DNA of 64,000 bases from an uncultured bacterium (GTDB lineage Bacteria; UBA8481): the NCBI GenBank assembly GCA_964499705.1, contig CAZCME010000006.1, positions 1-64,000 on the forward strand, in the 5' to 3' direction. The position numbers and the translations under genes were made by a program. A model generated the notes under the pieces. The model searched no databases. It was not told the origin of the DNA and saw only the letters and a list, made by a program, of their open reading frames with translations. Positions 20,601 through 30,102 of this stretch are shown here, piece by piece; position 1 is the first letter of the stretch, and each line of letters opens with the position of its first letter.

Positions 20601-21019
20601 ACACTCCGCCGGCAAGGCCACAGTCTCTTTATCTCCGCATGGGCGAACTCGCCATGCGCGCGACGGAATTTCTCGTTCCCTGGCAACTGGCTCCCGTCTC
20701 CCCTCAGCCCGCGCGCGACATGGAGGCACTCAGGAACGACACGACCTCTCTCGGCCGCGTCGCCTACCGCGATCAGCTCGCGCTCCTCGTCGCGCAATGG
20801 CGCAGCGCCTACGTGACGCTCTCCAATGTCCGCCTGCCCGTCACGGTCGACGCGGTGCATGTCAGCGATTTCATCCAGTCACTGGAGAAGCTCCAGGCCC
20901 TCGCCGACGATCCCGGCATCCTCGACAAAGCGAAAGTGGAACGGGAGCTGGAACGACTGGAGCGAAGGATCGAGCTGGTACTGGGGCTCCAGATCGATGA
21001 GAAGTATCGGGGACTGTAA
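17666..21019 (+). CDS. Large exported protein with CARDB/Ig-like repeats
   Basis: Signal/anchor; repeats with LQNTG, ISNTGSGPA and IRNAG typical of CARDB; coiled-coil C-terminus. Confidence 0.65.
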   Translation: MTEFPGAPAPPPSHFARASAGLLLILAAAILMTPVLAQTVPTRRIELPEKTYSIHREEAREGEEMITLNFGVFAFAPFIVVDTGADRRMIFEVGARFRPGPARHEPAVRKGGFLNMQKVPYARPIGSTALDVESVEIREGGKTIALLAPGEGGRSERLSGKRTSFAVTAGVPTARWQDIEVLFHVHARVDDARASEIPRLKSRGLGTFIWKPGATDGALRSRIPPGTPPKPANLKVEGAGLTVHPESPFVGDSFDAVILLQNTGELDFDTADYEWSYGDATRRGVLPALAGGARTRLEWAVEAAADEREIHLRITPRPGAFRASPPRDFRAAIEPLKRPRLNLHSAALLSRISDDPLELLLMISNTGSGPAEAASVRLSHEGGDTLVQLPPLPVKGPVPIQISWPDSFPLDFDLTVHLSDESDRETTLVIPVQRRPRPKPRFVLDGMEFVGERQEGMPGRFLARIRNAGDLAGEASFLLDVTAPVRDTRIITRRLRFDIGAGRSTEFTTDVFPFEQGLLRGTVLGHGIEDFSQIDVPPWIPPTANGSENTVFLHSIDETATPRITRVTKPLLFRFSPLADVAEFDSSVTLIIASRTWPSSSGAASSRDESARPSLRVWVEGSGFSDRFDIASTESVATYPLSKQSLLDTVTLRVELVGYAPAWLIGSPLLRAAPAAPEYGRITRLHLRDTGIYARVENASSWFDAFQVTLATAYGNGDDSTFIVKLRKGEARNVFLPMKPPRPGRHALRLSMPFSAVTDPRHLEQFVAPRPMPRIRLESISATRTADGETGLLALISVRDNDAPDLEATGTGSDTFRIPTVPASETAVFYFPSADRFHLLYGYTEIQSVNVAGDPPSPPYVRLIDFGGSLPTKQAGVIRFVRVAGAEPLPAGRIYYEVNGILRGMVSVPEQAPRERYFGGIRFTPAQRDSIRVSLFETLLHHQRKGTLIDRRSTDIADIADQPTRADWDWLGSVRWSPDTPPARPQSLYLRMGELAMRATEFLVPWQLAPVSPQPARDMEALRNDTTSLGRVAYRDQLALLVAQWRSAYVTLSNVRLPVTVDAVHVSDFIQSLEKLQALADDPGILDKAKVERELERLERRIELVLGLQIDEKYRGL

Positions 21020-21047
21020 TATAATCATCCCGCGGAGGACAATGTTG

Positions 21048-21114
21048 GGATTCAGGATTTAGGATTTCGTTAGGTTTTCGGATTTAGGATTTCAGATTTT
21101 AGATTTAGGATTTT
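21048..21114. repeat. Heptamer tandem repeat tract (GGATTTA/GGATTCA), family C
   Basis: 21048-21067 is the exact reverse complement of 45734-45753; further degenerate units continue to 21114. Confidence 0.8.
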
Positions 21115-21223
21115 CCCGCGAATTTCCTTTGCTCTTCTCCTCCCTCCTCCATAGTATTTCCCCGACCCGGCCTCTGGCGGGGCACGACACAACATACGCA
21201 GCACTACTACGCAGGAGCACACG

Positions 21224-22168
21224 TTGCAACGACGGGGCATCGCCACCTTGGCCGCCGCGGCCGTACTGGTCGCGGCATACCTTCTCACCATGGAACCCGC
21301 GCATACGCCCGTGGTCGCGCTTCGACAGGCTTCAGCCGCCGCTATCCTCGATTCCGCAACGCCTCATTTCCAACCCGCGCAATTGGAACGCGAACTCGAT
21401 GCCTTGATTTCGCTCTGTCCCGGGAGGCCCGGCATTGTCCTGGAGGCCGCGGACGGATCGTGGAAAATCACGCGCAGGGGGAGCACAAGCATCAAGGCGG
21501 CGAGCGTCATCAAGCTACCCATTCTTCTCGCCGTTCTCCGCCTGAGGGCCCGCGGTGAACTGGACATCGAAACCCGGGTCGTCGTGCTGCCCGCCGACAG
21601 GACCGAAGGATCGGGATCGCTGAAATACTCGCCGCTTCCTCATGATTTCACCCTGTCGATGCTCCTGGAGCGCATGATCTCCGAGAGCGACAACACCGCA
21701 ACCAACGCGATTCTGCGCATCGTCGGGCTGGATACGATCGCGGCGGAATTTCCGGGGCTCGGCCTGGAGCGGACGCGACTGACGAACCGCATTCTCGAGT
21801 CGAGCGCGGATAATCCCACGACGGCCGGCGAGATCGCGGGGCTCCTGTCCGCGCTTTCGCGCAAGGCCGGAGTGGCCGCGGGAGGCCGCGCGATCCTGCC
21901 GGACGCCGACGCGCTCCTGGCGCGCGCGCTGCTGCGGAGCGCATCGAACGCCATGAGGTTGAAGCGCTACCTGCCCGATACGGTCAGCGTGGAACACAAG
22001 ACGGGCACGCTCCGGGATATCGTCCACGACGCGGGAATCGTGAGCACGCCTTCGGGCGACGTGATCGTCGCGGGTCTTATCAGCAACGTGACCGACCGAA
22101 ACGAGGCGGAAAAATGGCTCGGGCTGCTCGGCAAGATCGTCTACGAGCGCGCCGGCGTCTCCGAGTGA
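21224..22168 (+). CDS. Serine hydrolase, class A beta-lactamase-like fold
   Basis: SVIK (SxxK), SDN and HKTG motifs; N-terminal anchor. Confidence 0.85.
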   Translation: MQRRGIATLAAAAVLVAAYLLTMEPAHTPVVALRQASAAAILDSATPHFQPAQLERELDALISLCPGRPGIVLEAADGSWKITRRGSTSIKAASVIKLPILLAVLRLRARGELDIETRVVVLPADRTEGSGSLKYSPLPHDFTLSMLLERMISESDNTATNAILRIVGLDTIAAEFPGLGLERTRLTNRILESSADNPTTAGEIAGLLSALSRKAGVAAGGRAILPDADALLARALLRSASNAMRLKRYLPDTVSVEHKTGTLRDIVHDAGIVSTPSGDVIVAGLISNVTDRNEAEKWLGLLGKIVYERAGVSE

Positions 22169-22199
22169 CGGCGACGTCACTTTCAAATTGCTTTAGGGG

Positions 22200-22227
22200 G
22201 AACTTGGCTTAGAGTTAAGCCGTCTGA
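22200..22227 (+). promoter_or_regulatory. RpoE/ECF-type promoter
   Basis: GAACTT-N16-GTCTGA immediately upstream of the TPR-patatin operon. Confidence 0.55.
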
Positions 22228-22237
22228 CTCAGGGAGA

Positions 22238-22969
22238 GTGATGATCATCAAAGTGAAATCCACGCGGGTCATACTGGCCTGCCTGCTGCTGTCGGCCTCC
22301 GCCGCCGCGGAAGTCGTGGAAGTGCGTCCGGCAATCCGGCGCGAGGACGGAAGTTCATCCGCTGCACGTTCCGCGGATCGCGACACGCACGCACCCGTCA
22401 CAACAATCTTTGCGCCGCCACCTCGTCCGGCTCCCGATTCCCGGGCTCGTCAGTCCGATGTCATTCTCCGCCTCGAAGTTCCGGATACGATCTCCGTCAA
22501 CCGTCCCTTCCGCATTTTGCTCCGCGCCTACAATTCGCTCGGTCTTCCCGCCGCGAATTTTTCAGCACCGGTCACGTTCGAGTGCCTGAACGGGATCATA
22601 CCCGTCATCTCATCCCGGCGCTGGCTTAACGGTCTGCTGGAAGACACGCTCGTCATCGTTCGCGCCGGAAAAAACACGCGCCTGGTCGCTGTTGCCGGCG
22701 GCGCGACCGCGGCTCTCCATATCGATGTCATGACGCCACCGCCCGACAAGGCCTTCTGGTTGAAGCTGGCTGATGAACATCTCGCCGGCGGAAAGACGGA
22801 GGACGCCCTTTTCTGCCTCAAGAAAGCCTCCTCCTTCGAACCGGCCGGCGATCCGGTCATCGAGAAGCGGATCGGGAGGATATATCTGGATCGCGAGCAG
22901 TGGAGCAAGGCGGAGGAACATTTCCGCAGAGCCGTGCGTGCCATCGCGGCGACCAGCAGCAATCCATGA
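22238..22969 (+). CDS. Exported protein with Ig-like domain and C-terminal TPR
   Basis: Signal peptide; TPR-like IGRIYLDREQWSKAEEHFRRAV. Confidence 0.65.
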   Translation: MMIIKVKSTRVILACLLLSASAAAEVVEVRPAIRREDGSSSAARSADRDTHAPVTTIFAPPPRPAPDSRARQSDVILRLEVPDTISVNRPFRILLRAYNSLGLPAANFSAPVTFECLNGIIPVISSRRWLNGLLEDTLVIVRAGKNTRLVAVAGGATAALHIDVMTPPPDKAFWLKLADEHLAGGKTEDALFCLKKASSFEPAGDPVIEKRIGRIYLDREQWSKAEEHFRRAVRAIAATSSNP

Positions 22970-24342
22970 AATCTCCGCTGCTGATCGCCCTGCTGCTGGC
23001 GGCCGTCACCATGCCCCAGGCTGACGCCGCGGGCAAGGCCGACTACGATCGCGCGGTCGCCTGGCGCGCGTTTCTCTCGGAGGAATCCCGCCCTCTCATC
23101 GGTGTCGCTCTCGGAGGCGGGGGCGCGAGAGGAATGGCGCACATCGGCGTCCTGCGGTCGCTGCGGGGAGCCGGAATTCCCGTGGAGGCGGTGACCGGCA
23201 CCAGCATCGGTTCGTTCATCGGCGCGCTCTATGCCACCGGCGCCGACATCGACAAGATCGAGAACCTCGCGCTCCAGACCAACTGGTCCAACCTCATCGA
23301 GCTTCGCATGTCGCGGATCGGTTTTTTCTCCACGCGACGCCTCGAACGCTTCATCAATTTTCACCTCCAGTTTCTCCAGAATGACATCCTGAGGCTCCCC
23401 TCTAAAAATGCCGCGGACGAATATGTCGAATCCGATCTTAATGACCTGTCCTTCGACGAGCTCCGCATCCCCTTCGCCTGCACCGCCACGGATCTCTACT
23501 CCGGGTCCGTCGTGATCTTCGATACCGGTTCCGTCGCGGAGGCCATCCGCGCGTCCTGCTCCATTCCCGGCCTCTTCGAGCCCGCGCCCTACGGCGACCG
23601 GCTCCTTGTCGACGGCGGCGTCATCCTCAACCTCCCGGTCTCCCTCTGCCGCGACCTGGGCGCGGGCATCGTGATCGGCATCGACCTGGAGAGCGACACT
23701 CCTTCCCAGATCGGCGGGCTCGTGGAGGTTCTCGCCCAGATCATCAAGATCCAGGGACGCACTCTCTCCGCGGACGAACGGCTTGGCGCCGACGACATCA
23801 TCCAACCGCGCTGCGCCGCGATCAGCATGACTGACCTGAACCGGACGGCGGATGCGATCCGGGAAGGCGCCATCGCGGCCGGAAAGGAAGTGGAACGGAT
23901 CAAGGATAATCTCCTCCAGAGACGATCCGGCGGGACGCCCGTTTCATCCGAGATGAGAGCATCCGACCGCCATGATTCGGACGAGGCCCTGCGCCACGCC
24001 CTGCTGCCGATCCGAGGGCGCAGCGCCACCGCGCTCGGGGGGCAGCCGAGCTCCGCGATGGTCGCGGCCGCCATCGCCGCCGCAAAGCTGGGCCTGTATC
24101 GCGAAGCGCTCGAATACATCGAGGTCATTCCCCTGAAGGACCGCTCGGTCGATTGTCTCCTGGCGGAAGCCATGAGCCACCTGCGGATGCGGAACCGGAT
24201 CCTCGCGCAGGAATCCGTGGAGCGCCTCTCCGCACGCGACATCAATCCGGACAGGTACTGGGAGCTGGCGGCGGCGGCTCTGGATGTCAGGTTCGACGAA
24301 ATCGCCGAATCCATCATCAGGCGCATCGCTCCGAACTCTTGA
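22966..24342 (+). CDS. Patatin-like phospholipase with C-terminal TPR-like region
   Basis: GGGGARG, GTSIG and DGG motifs; signal peptide; ATGA coupling. Confidence 0.9.
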   Translation: MKSPLLIALLLAAVTMPQADAAGKADYDRAVAWRAFLSEESRPLIGVALGGGGARGMAHIGVLRSLRGAGIPVEAVTGTSIGSFIGALYATGADIDKIENLALQTNWSNLIELRMSRIGFFSTRRLERFINFHLQFLQNDILRLPSKNAADEYVESDLNDLSFDELRIPFACTATDLYSGSVVIFDTGSVAEAIRASCSIPGLFEPAPYGDRLLVDGGVILNLPVSLCRDLGAGIVIGIDLESDTPSQIGGLVEVLAQIIKIQGRTLSADERLGADDIIQPRCAAISMTDLNRTADAIREGAIAAGKEVERIKDNLLQRRSGGTPVSSEMRASDRHDSDEALRHALLPIRGRSATALGGQPSSAMVAAAIAAAKLGLYREALEYIEVIPLKDRSVDCLLAEAMSHLRMRNRILAQESVERLSARDINPDRYWELAAAALDVRFDEIAESIIRRIAPNS

Positions 24343-26657
24343 AGAAGTTTTTCATCCTCCGGATCGACGGCCTTTCATCGAATATCACAGTTACGGCGGC
24401 TTTCCTCACCCTGCTCGCCTCGCTGGTTCTCCACCCGCCACCCGCATCATCGTCTCCTTTCGTGGATGGTTACGATTTCTACAGGGCCGGCCTCTTTGAT
24501 TCCGCCGTCCGATCGTTCGAAACTTCGCTGGATGATCCCGGGACTCCCCGCGATCATGCGCTCTGGTTTCTCGCGCTCTCCCGACACGAAGTCGGCGACA
24601 CGGATCAATCGCTGGAATCGTTACGGCGGCTCGCCGCGGACGGTTCGTCGCGCCTCGCATTCGACGCCTCGCTCCGCGCCGCGCGGATCCTGGCCGGGCG
24701 CGGCGAGGTGTATGGAGGCATCAGTCTCCTCCTTCCGTGGTCGGACGATGCGCGACAGGGCGCGCGCGCTCTGTATCATGCGGGCGAGATCGCGCTGCTG
24801 CACGGCGATACGGGCGACGCCGAGCGGATCTGGAGCGACCTCTTCTCGCTCCATCCCGCCTCCGCTTTCGCGCATAAGGCAGTCCTGCGCGAGCTGGCGC
24901 TCCATCCCGGCCACAAGGACATCGATGAGTACATGCTGCTCTCGATGGCCAAGAGCGCTGCGGCGGCGGGAGACTATTTCACGGCGGAGGATATTCTCGG
25001 GCCGATGGAGCGACGCCCGATCGACCGGAGGTTGCGCGACGATGTGCTGCTCCTGCACGGCGACGTGCTCTTCCGCCTCAGCCGCTACGAGGAATCGCTC
25101 GCGACATATCGGGAAGCGCGGCTGGTGACTTCGGGCCGGGCGGACGAGAAGACAGCCGAGCTCGGCATCGCGCTCAATAAGCTCCACCTGGGAGATACGC
25201 CCCATGCGCCTACGCTCTCGCGCCTCATTCGAGCCGGCGACGTGGAACGCCGTTCCAGGATCGTGGAGGCGATTGAGACGATCGCGGCGTTACGACATGC
25301 GCGAGGCGACCGCAACGGCGCCAAGGCGCTTCTCGCGCTGCTGGATCAGCCGACGCTCACGGGATTTCTCCTCGCCGTGGAGGAGGCTATTTCCGACGGG
25401 GGAGAAACGGATTCGAAGGATGTAACGACGGCGAAACAGTCCGCATGGCGAACAACATTCTCGATCGCGGAACAGCTGGAGAATCGTTCCGACCGTGGAT
25501 TGGCCGCCGCAATTCTGGCGGAGCGATTCGGCGCACAGCAGGACACGGCTCATCGGATCGATCTCTGGCGAACCGTTCTTCTGGAAGCCGAAGAGGAATG
25601 GCTGTTTCACCGGGCGGCGGCCGAGATTGCGCGGCACACGCGGATAAAGACGGCCCCGGCGATCGATACCGGCGCGACAGCGGCTGCGCGATCGCGCTCC
25701 GAAGCGGAAGTCCTGCATGAGGCCGCCATGAGACTGCTCGCCGAGGGCAAGGTCGGACAAAGCATCCACCGGTTGCGTGTCGTGCGGTACGGCTATCCCG
25801 GAACGGAGGCAGCCGCACGCGCCACGAGCGTGCTTCGAGAGGTCGCCATGAATTCCACCGACGAAGACCACGGCGGCGGATCCGGCGATGCGCTGCGCAC
25901 GGCTCAACTGCTTGCCTCGGCGGGCGCATGGAGGGAAGCCGCCGCCGAACTCGATGAGGCGCCACGAACGCGAGAGGCCTTCAACCTGCGCATGGATGCG
26001 CTCACGCGGTCGGAACTATGGCCCGCGGTCATCCGGGAAATGGAACTGTTCATGACGCGCAAAGACGGGCGTGTCGATGCGACGGACCTGTCGGACAATT
26101 TTCGAGCGGCGCTCTTTCCCCTGCCCTGGCGCAACGAGATTCTTCGCGCGGCGGAGTCGTTCTCCGTCGACCCCGCACTGCTCGCCGCCCTGGCGCGAAC
26201 GAGATCGCGGTTCGATCCTGTTTTCCATGAGGGCTATCGGCTGGGCATCACGGGCGTCGATGTCGAAGCGGTCGGATTCGCGAAACAATTCCCGGATGCG
26301 CCGGTTTCCGCTCCCGAGGAATTGCTCGATCCGGAGAGAGCTATCGCCTTCAGCGCCTGGTGGATCCGGTTTCTCGGGAGGACGTTCGGCGATACCACGC
26401 CGATCGATGTTGCCTCGGCCCTCTCGGCCGGGCCAGGCAACAGGCCATCCGGAGGAACCGCGGGCGCGGTCGAGCAGATCGCGCGACTTCCTTTCCGGAG
26501 CACGCGGGAATTCGTCATGACTTTTCTCGAAGCATACGATCGATACAAGCTCCATTTCGCCGCGCAAAGATCATCGAGTCCATCCGAACGCACCGTTCAG
26601 CCGCGCGTTCCGATCCGGCGTCCTTCGACGAACAGGCCCGTCGCTCCCCGCCGATGA
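24339..26657 (+). CDS. TPR protein with degenerate SLT lytic-transglycosylase domain
   Basis: TPR helices followed by LFPLPW...VDPALLAALARTRSRFDP...FRSTREFV; the catalytic ES is replaced by RS. Confidence 0.75.
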   Translation: MKKFFILRIDGLSSNITVTAAFLTLLASLVLHPPPASSSPFVDGYDFYRAGLFDSAVRSFETSLDDPGTPRDHALWFLALSRHEVGDTDQSLESLRRLAADGSSRLAFDASLRAARILAGRGEVYGGISLLLPWSDDARQGARALYHAGEIALLHGDTGDAERIWSDLFSLHPASAFAHKAVLRELALHPGHKDIDEYMLLSMAKSAAAAGDYFTAEDILGPMERRPIDRRLRDDVLLLHGDVLFRLSRYEESLATYREARLVTSGRADEKTAELGIALNKLHLGDTPHAPTLSRLIRAGDVERRSRIVEAIETIAALRHARGDRNGAKALLALLDQPTLTGFLLAVEEAISDGGETDSKDVTTAKQSAWRTTFSIAEQLENRSDRGLAAAILAERFGAQQDTAHRIDLWRTVLLEAEEEWLFHRAAAEIARHTRIKTAPAIDTGATAAARSRSEAEVLHEAAMRLLAEGKVGQSIHRLRVVRYGYPGTEAAARATSVLREVAMNSTDEDHGGGSGDALRTAQLLASAGAWREAAAELDEAPRTREAFNLRMDALTRSELWPAVIREMELFMTRKDGRVDATDLSDNFRAALFPLPWRNEILRAAESFSVDPALLAALARTRSRFDPVFHEGYRLGITGVDVEAVGFAKQFPDAPVSAPEELLDPERAIAFSAWWIRFLGRTFGDTTPIDVASALSAGPGNRPSGGTAGAVEQIARLPFRSTREFVMTFLEAYDRYKLHFAAQRSSSPSERTVQPRVPIRRPSTNRPVAPRR

Positions 26658-28450
26658 TCCGATTTTCCTCGTTCTTCTTCGCTGCTCTCGCCCTCGCGCT
26701 CTTTCTTCTCACGTCCGCGCCCGGAATCGGCACCGAGGATTCGGGGGAACTGGCGACGGGCGCGCGCCTCCTGGCCATGGTGCATGCTCCCGGATATCCG
26801 CTCTATCTCCTCCTGGGGCGCCTCGCCGCGGCGTTGTCGCTCTATCCCGGTCGCGGGCTGGTTCTCCTATCCGTCGTCGCCGGGGCCGCCACGGTCGGAC
26901 TGTTTCACTTCATCGTGAAGCGGGAGCTGGACGAGACGTCGGCGGCGATCGCTGCCGTTTCCCTCATCTTCTGCCGCGGATTCTGGATGGCTGCCACGGA
27001 AGTGGAGGTGTATACGATCCAGTCACTCCTCCTGACAGGACTTCTCGGTTCTCTCCTGCAGCTCAAGAATCATCCCGGTTCCGGCAAAGCGAAGCGACTT
27101 CTCGGCTTTCTGACGGGCCTGACGCTCGCTCACCACATGGGGCTGACCATCCTCCTCCCCGCCATCGCGCTTTTTGTCGGCTGTACCGCGCGCGGAGATT
27201 TACGAGACTGGTCGCGCGCGGCCGGCAATGGAATCGCGGGAGTCGCGCTGTACGGCGCGTTGCCGCTTCTGTCGACGCGCGCCGGTATCGCGTATATCGC
27301 CTGGGATCCGATCCGGTCGTTTCCCCAGCTCCTCAACGTCATGGGGGGCGCCGGCTTCCGGAAACTGCTCTTCGCGGTGCCGCCGGACCAGGCGCTCCTT
27401 AACTTAGGACATTTCCCCTTTGCGCTGGCGATCTGGTTTCCCTACCTCTCGATCCCTCTTGCCGTTGCGGGGATGTGGACAGGCTATCGGCGGATGCGCG
27501 CATTCACGGTTCTCATCCTTGCCTGGATCGGAATCACGATCCTCCATGCCGCCAACTACAACGTCCTCGATCCCGAACGATTTCTCCTGCCCGCGGTCGT
27601 TCCCTTCGCGTGGCTCTCAGGCGTCGGCTTTCATCATCTCAGCAGACGTCATGTCCTCGGCGTCGAAGCGCGCGTCTTTCTCGTGACCGCTCTCCTGGCG
27701 ACCGGCATGGCGGGGCGACTTGCGGACGGGAATTTCTTTGCGACCGCATACGACACCATGCCGACCGATGTAGCACGGGCGGTCCTGCGCTCGCATGAGT
27801 CCCGTCCCGAGTCCCAGGTGATCTGGACCGATTGGCGCTTCTATCCGACGCTCCGGTATTTCCAGCTTGTCGATGGCCTGGGCCGAAATGTCCTTCTCGA
27901 TTTCGACAGCACGTCCGAATCTCCCGGCTCGGTTTACCTTCCCGGCCGGACCTGGACGATGCGCGCGTCTCCCGAACTGGGATCGCAGTACGCTCTTATC
28001 ATGGACGATCTGCAGTGGCACGTCATGCCGAAAGGACACGCTGCGACGGTGCCCGTCGACCCGGGCGATCCTCGCATCGATGAACGCATCGGCGGCATCA
28101 GGGTCGAACAGATTGAATGGCCCGCGAACGTCACTCCCGGCGAACCGATCCGCGCGAACATTACCTTTCGCCGCGATACCATGCCCGCGGCCGACACGGT
28201 AACCGGCATGCTGGTACTCCGCCGCCGTGGCCACGTGAGAATGTCGACTCCGCTGTCCCTTCTGCATTGGAACACAGCTCCGCAGGATCTCGATCCCGCG
28301 AAACAGTATTCAGAACCGGTTCAGACGATCATTCCCACATCGCATGCGGACGAGAAGGACGACAGCTTCACGCTGGAGCTGCGCCTGACGACATCCCTGG
28401 AAAAGCGGATCATTCCGCTCGGGAGAATACGGCTCAACTCCGGCAGATAA
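26654..28450 (+). CDS. DUF2723/TMEM260-like GT-C membrane glycosyltransferase
   Basis: EDSGEL...HAPGYPLY, ATEVEVY, LAHH motifs; multiple TM segments. Confidence 0.8.
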   Translation: MIRFSSFFFAALALALFLLTSAPGIGTEDSGELATGARLLAMVHAPGYPLYLLLGRLAAALSLYPGRGLVLLSVVAGAATVGLFHFIVKRELDETSAAIAAVSLIFCRGFWMAATEVEVYTIQSLLLTGLLGSLLQLKNHPGSGKAKRLLGFLTGLTLAHHMGLTILLPAIALFVGCTARGDLRDWSRAAGNGIAGVALYGALPLLSTRAGIAYIAWDPIRSFPQLLNVMGGAGFRKLLFAVPPDQALLNLGHFPFALAIWFPYLSIPLAVAGMWTGYRRMRAFTVLILAWIGITILHAANYNVLDPERFLLPAVVPFAWLSGVGFHHLSRRHVLGVEARVFLVTALLATGMAGRLADGNFFATAYDTMPTDVARAVLRSHESRPESQVIWTDWRFYPTLRYFQLVDGLGRNVLLDFDSTSESPGSVYLPGRTWTMRASPELGSQYALIMDDLQWHVMPKGHAATVPVDPGDPRIDERIGGIRVEQIEWPANVTPGEPIRANITFRRDTMPAADTVTGMLVLRRRGHVRMSTPLSLLHWNTAPQDLDPAKQYSEPVQTIIPTSHADEKDDSFTLELRLTTSLEKRIIPLGRIRLNSGR

Positions 28451-28452
28451 AT

Positions 28453-30102
28453 TCAGGTCACATTCGTGTAATGCGTCACGGCGTTGCGGCCCTTGCGCTT
28501 GGAGACATACAGAGCCGAATCGGCCTCGTGGATCAGCTCGTCCTTGGACCTGCCGAGCGTATAGGTGCTGATGCCGATGGAGATGGTGACGGACAGTTCG
28601 CCGGCGGGGGTCGAGAACTTGAATTTCTCGACGGCCGTTCGGAACCGCTCCCCGACGATCATGGATCCGTTCATGTCCGTATCCGGCAGGATGATGGAGA
28701 ATTCCTCCCCGCCATAACGGCAGGGAATGTCGATCTCCCGAAAGACGCGCTTGGTGATCTGCGCCAGCGTCACGAGGACCGCGTCTCCAGTCTGATGTCC
28801 GTACGTATCGTTAATGGACTTGAAATGATCGATGTCCGCCATGATGAGCGACAAGGGCCGCGATGTGCGGTGCGTCCGCGTGATCTCCTCCGCGATGCGC
28901 TGGTGGAAATAGCGGACGATGAAGAGCTTCGTCAGTCCGTCGGTGATCGCGAGATCGTACAGCCGCGCGTTCTCGAAGGCCACGGAGGCGATCTCCGCCA
29001 GCGTCGTGAGGATCGATTCATCCGATGAATCGAACGTCGTCCCGTCGGTCTTCTCATGGAGGTTTATCACGCCGAAGCAGCGGCCCTTGGCCACGAGCGG
29101 GATCGCGACGAGAGTGCCGCGGCGCGTCTCCCCCGAAAGCGATTTGTATTCGGGCGAGTCCGCGATCTTTTCCACGCGCATGACCTTGCCGGATTCCATG
29201 ACGCGCCCCGCGATGCCTTCGCCGACCGCCAGGCGCATCTTGTGCGCTTCCGGCGAAAGCCCGACGCCGGCGACGATGGCGAGCTGGCCGGAGGATTCGT
29301 CGAGGAACATGAGCGAAAACTTGGAGATGCCGCCGAGCTCGATGAACGCCTTCACCACCGTATCGATGACGCGGCTCCGATCCAGTTCTCCCGCGATCTT
29401 CTGGCTCCATTCCTGCAACTGGAGGATCCTTCCGATCTGGCGCTGAATGGAGCCGGCCATGTCGTTGAACGTATCCGCCAGGACGCCGATCTCGTCTGCG
29501 GTTCCGGCCTGGACCCGGACGTCGTAGTTTTTCCGCCCGAATTCGATCGCGCCGTCGCGCAGCTTCTCCAGCGGGCTCGTGATCGCGCGCGCCATGAAGA
29601 AGGAGGCGATGAGGCCCAAGAGCGAAAAGGCGATGCCCAGGATGACGAGGCGCGAGAGAAGGCGGAATTGCTGCTCGGCATGAGGAGCGAGGTTGAAGAT
29701 GACCTTGACGAATCCGTACACCTGGCCGTTCTGCCGGATCCGGATCGGAAGGATCTTCTCGATGCGGTTCTCCGGGGAGACGGCCGACGTCTGGTTGATG
29801 TTGCTCTGCAGGGGTCTCATCGCGGCGTCGAAGATCGAGATCTCCACGATGTCGTCCTGCTCCTCGATCATCTTCCGCAGGAGCGAATCGACCTCCGCAA
29901 GCTTCATGTCGAGGCTCCCGCCGCCCGCGACAAGGCTCGGCAGGATCATCAGGCTGACGGAGGATCCGATCGCGATCATGCGGCCGTCGAAATTCTTCGC
30001 CAGCACCTGGCTGTATTCGTAACGAACGAGGACCAGGTTCGCCAGCAGCAGGAGGATGACGAGAAGCGTCACGAGCCAGATCAATTTCCGGCGGAGCGTC
30101 AT
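28453..30102 (-). CDS. Diguanylate cyclase (TM-HAMP-GAF-GGDEF)
   Basis: Two TM, HAMP (DEIGVLADTFNDM), GAF, DIDHFK, RxxD I-site (REID) and RYGGEEF. Confidence 0.92.
   Translation of the reverse strand: MTLRRKLIWLVTLLVILLLLANLVLVRYEYSQVLAKNFDGRMIAIGSSVSLMILPSLVAGGGSLDMKLAEVDSLLRKMIEEQDDIVEISIFDAAMRPLQSNINQTSAVSPENRIEKILPIRIRQNGQVYGFVKVIFNLAPHAEQQFRLLSRLVILGIAFSLLGLIASFFMARAITSPLEKLRDGAIEFGRKNYDVRVQAGTADEIGVLADTFNDMAGSIQRQIGRILQLQEWSQKIAGELDRSRVIDTVVKAFIELGGISKFSLMFLDESSGQLAIVAGVGLSPEAHKMRLAVGEGIAGRVMESGKVMRVEKIADSPEYKSLSGETRRGTLVAIPLVAKGRCFGVINLHEKTDGTTFDSSDESILTTLAEIASVAFENARLYDLAITDGLTKLFIVRYFHQRIAEEITRTHRTSRPLSLIMADIDHFKSINDTYGHQTGDAVLVTLAQITKRVFREIDIPCRYGGEEFSIILPDTDMNGSMIVGERFRTAVEKFKFSTPAGELSVTISIGISTYTLGRSKDELIHEADSALYVSKRKGRNAVTHYTNVT

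Noticed and set aside
21224-22168. Bona fide beta-lactam resistance gene
   Set aside because: SxxK, SDN and KTG are shared with non-resistance serine hydrolases, and no clear omega-loop E166 motif is seen.
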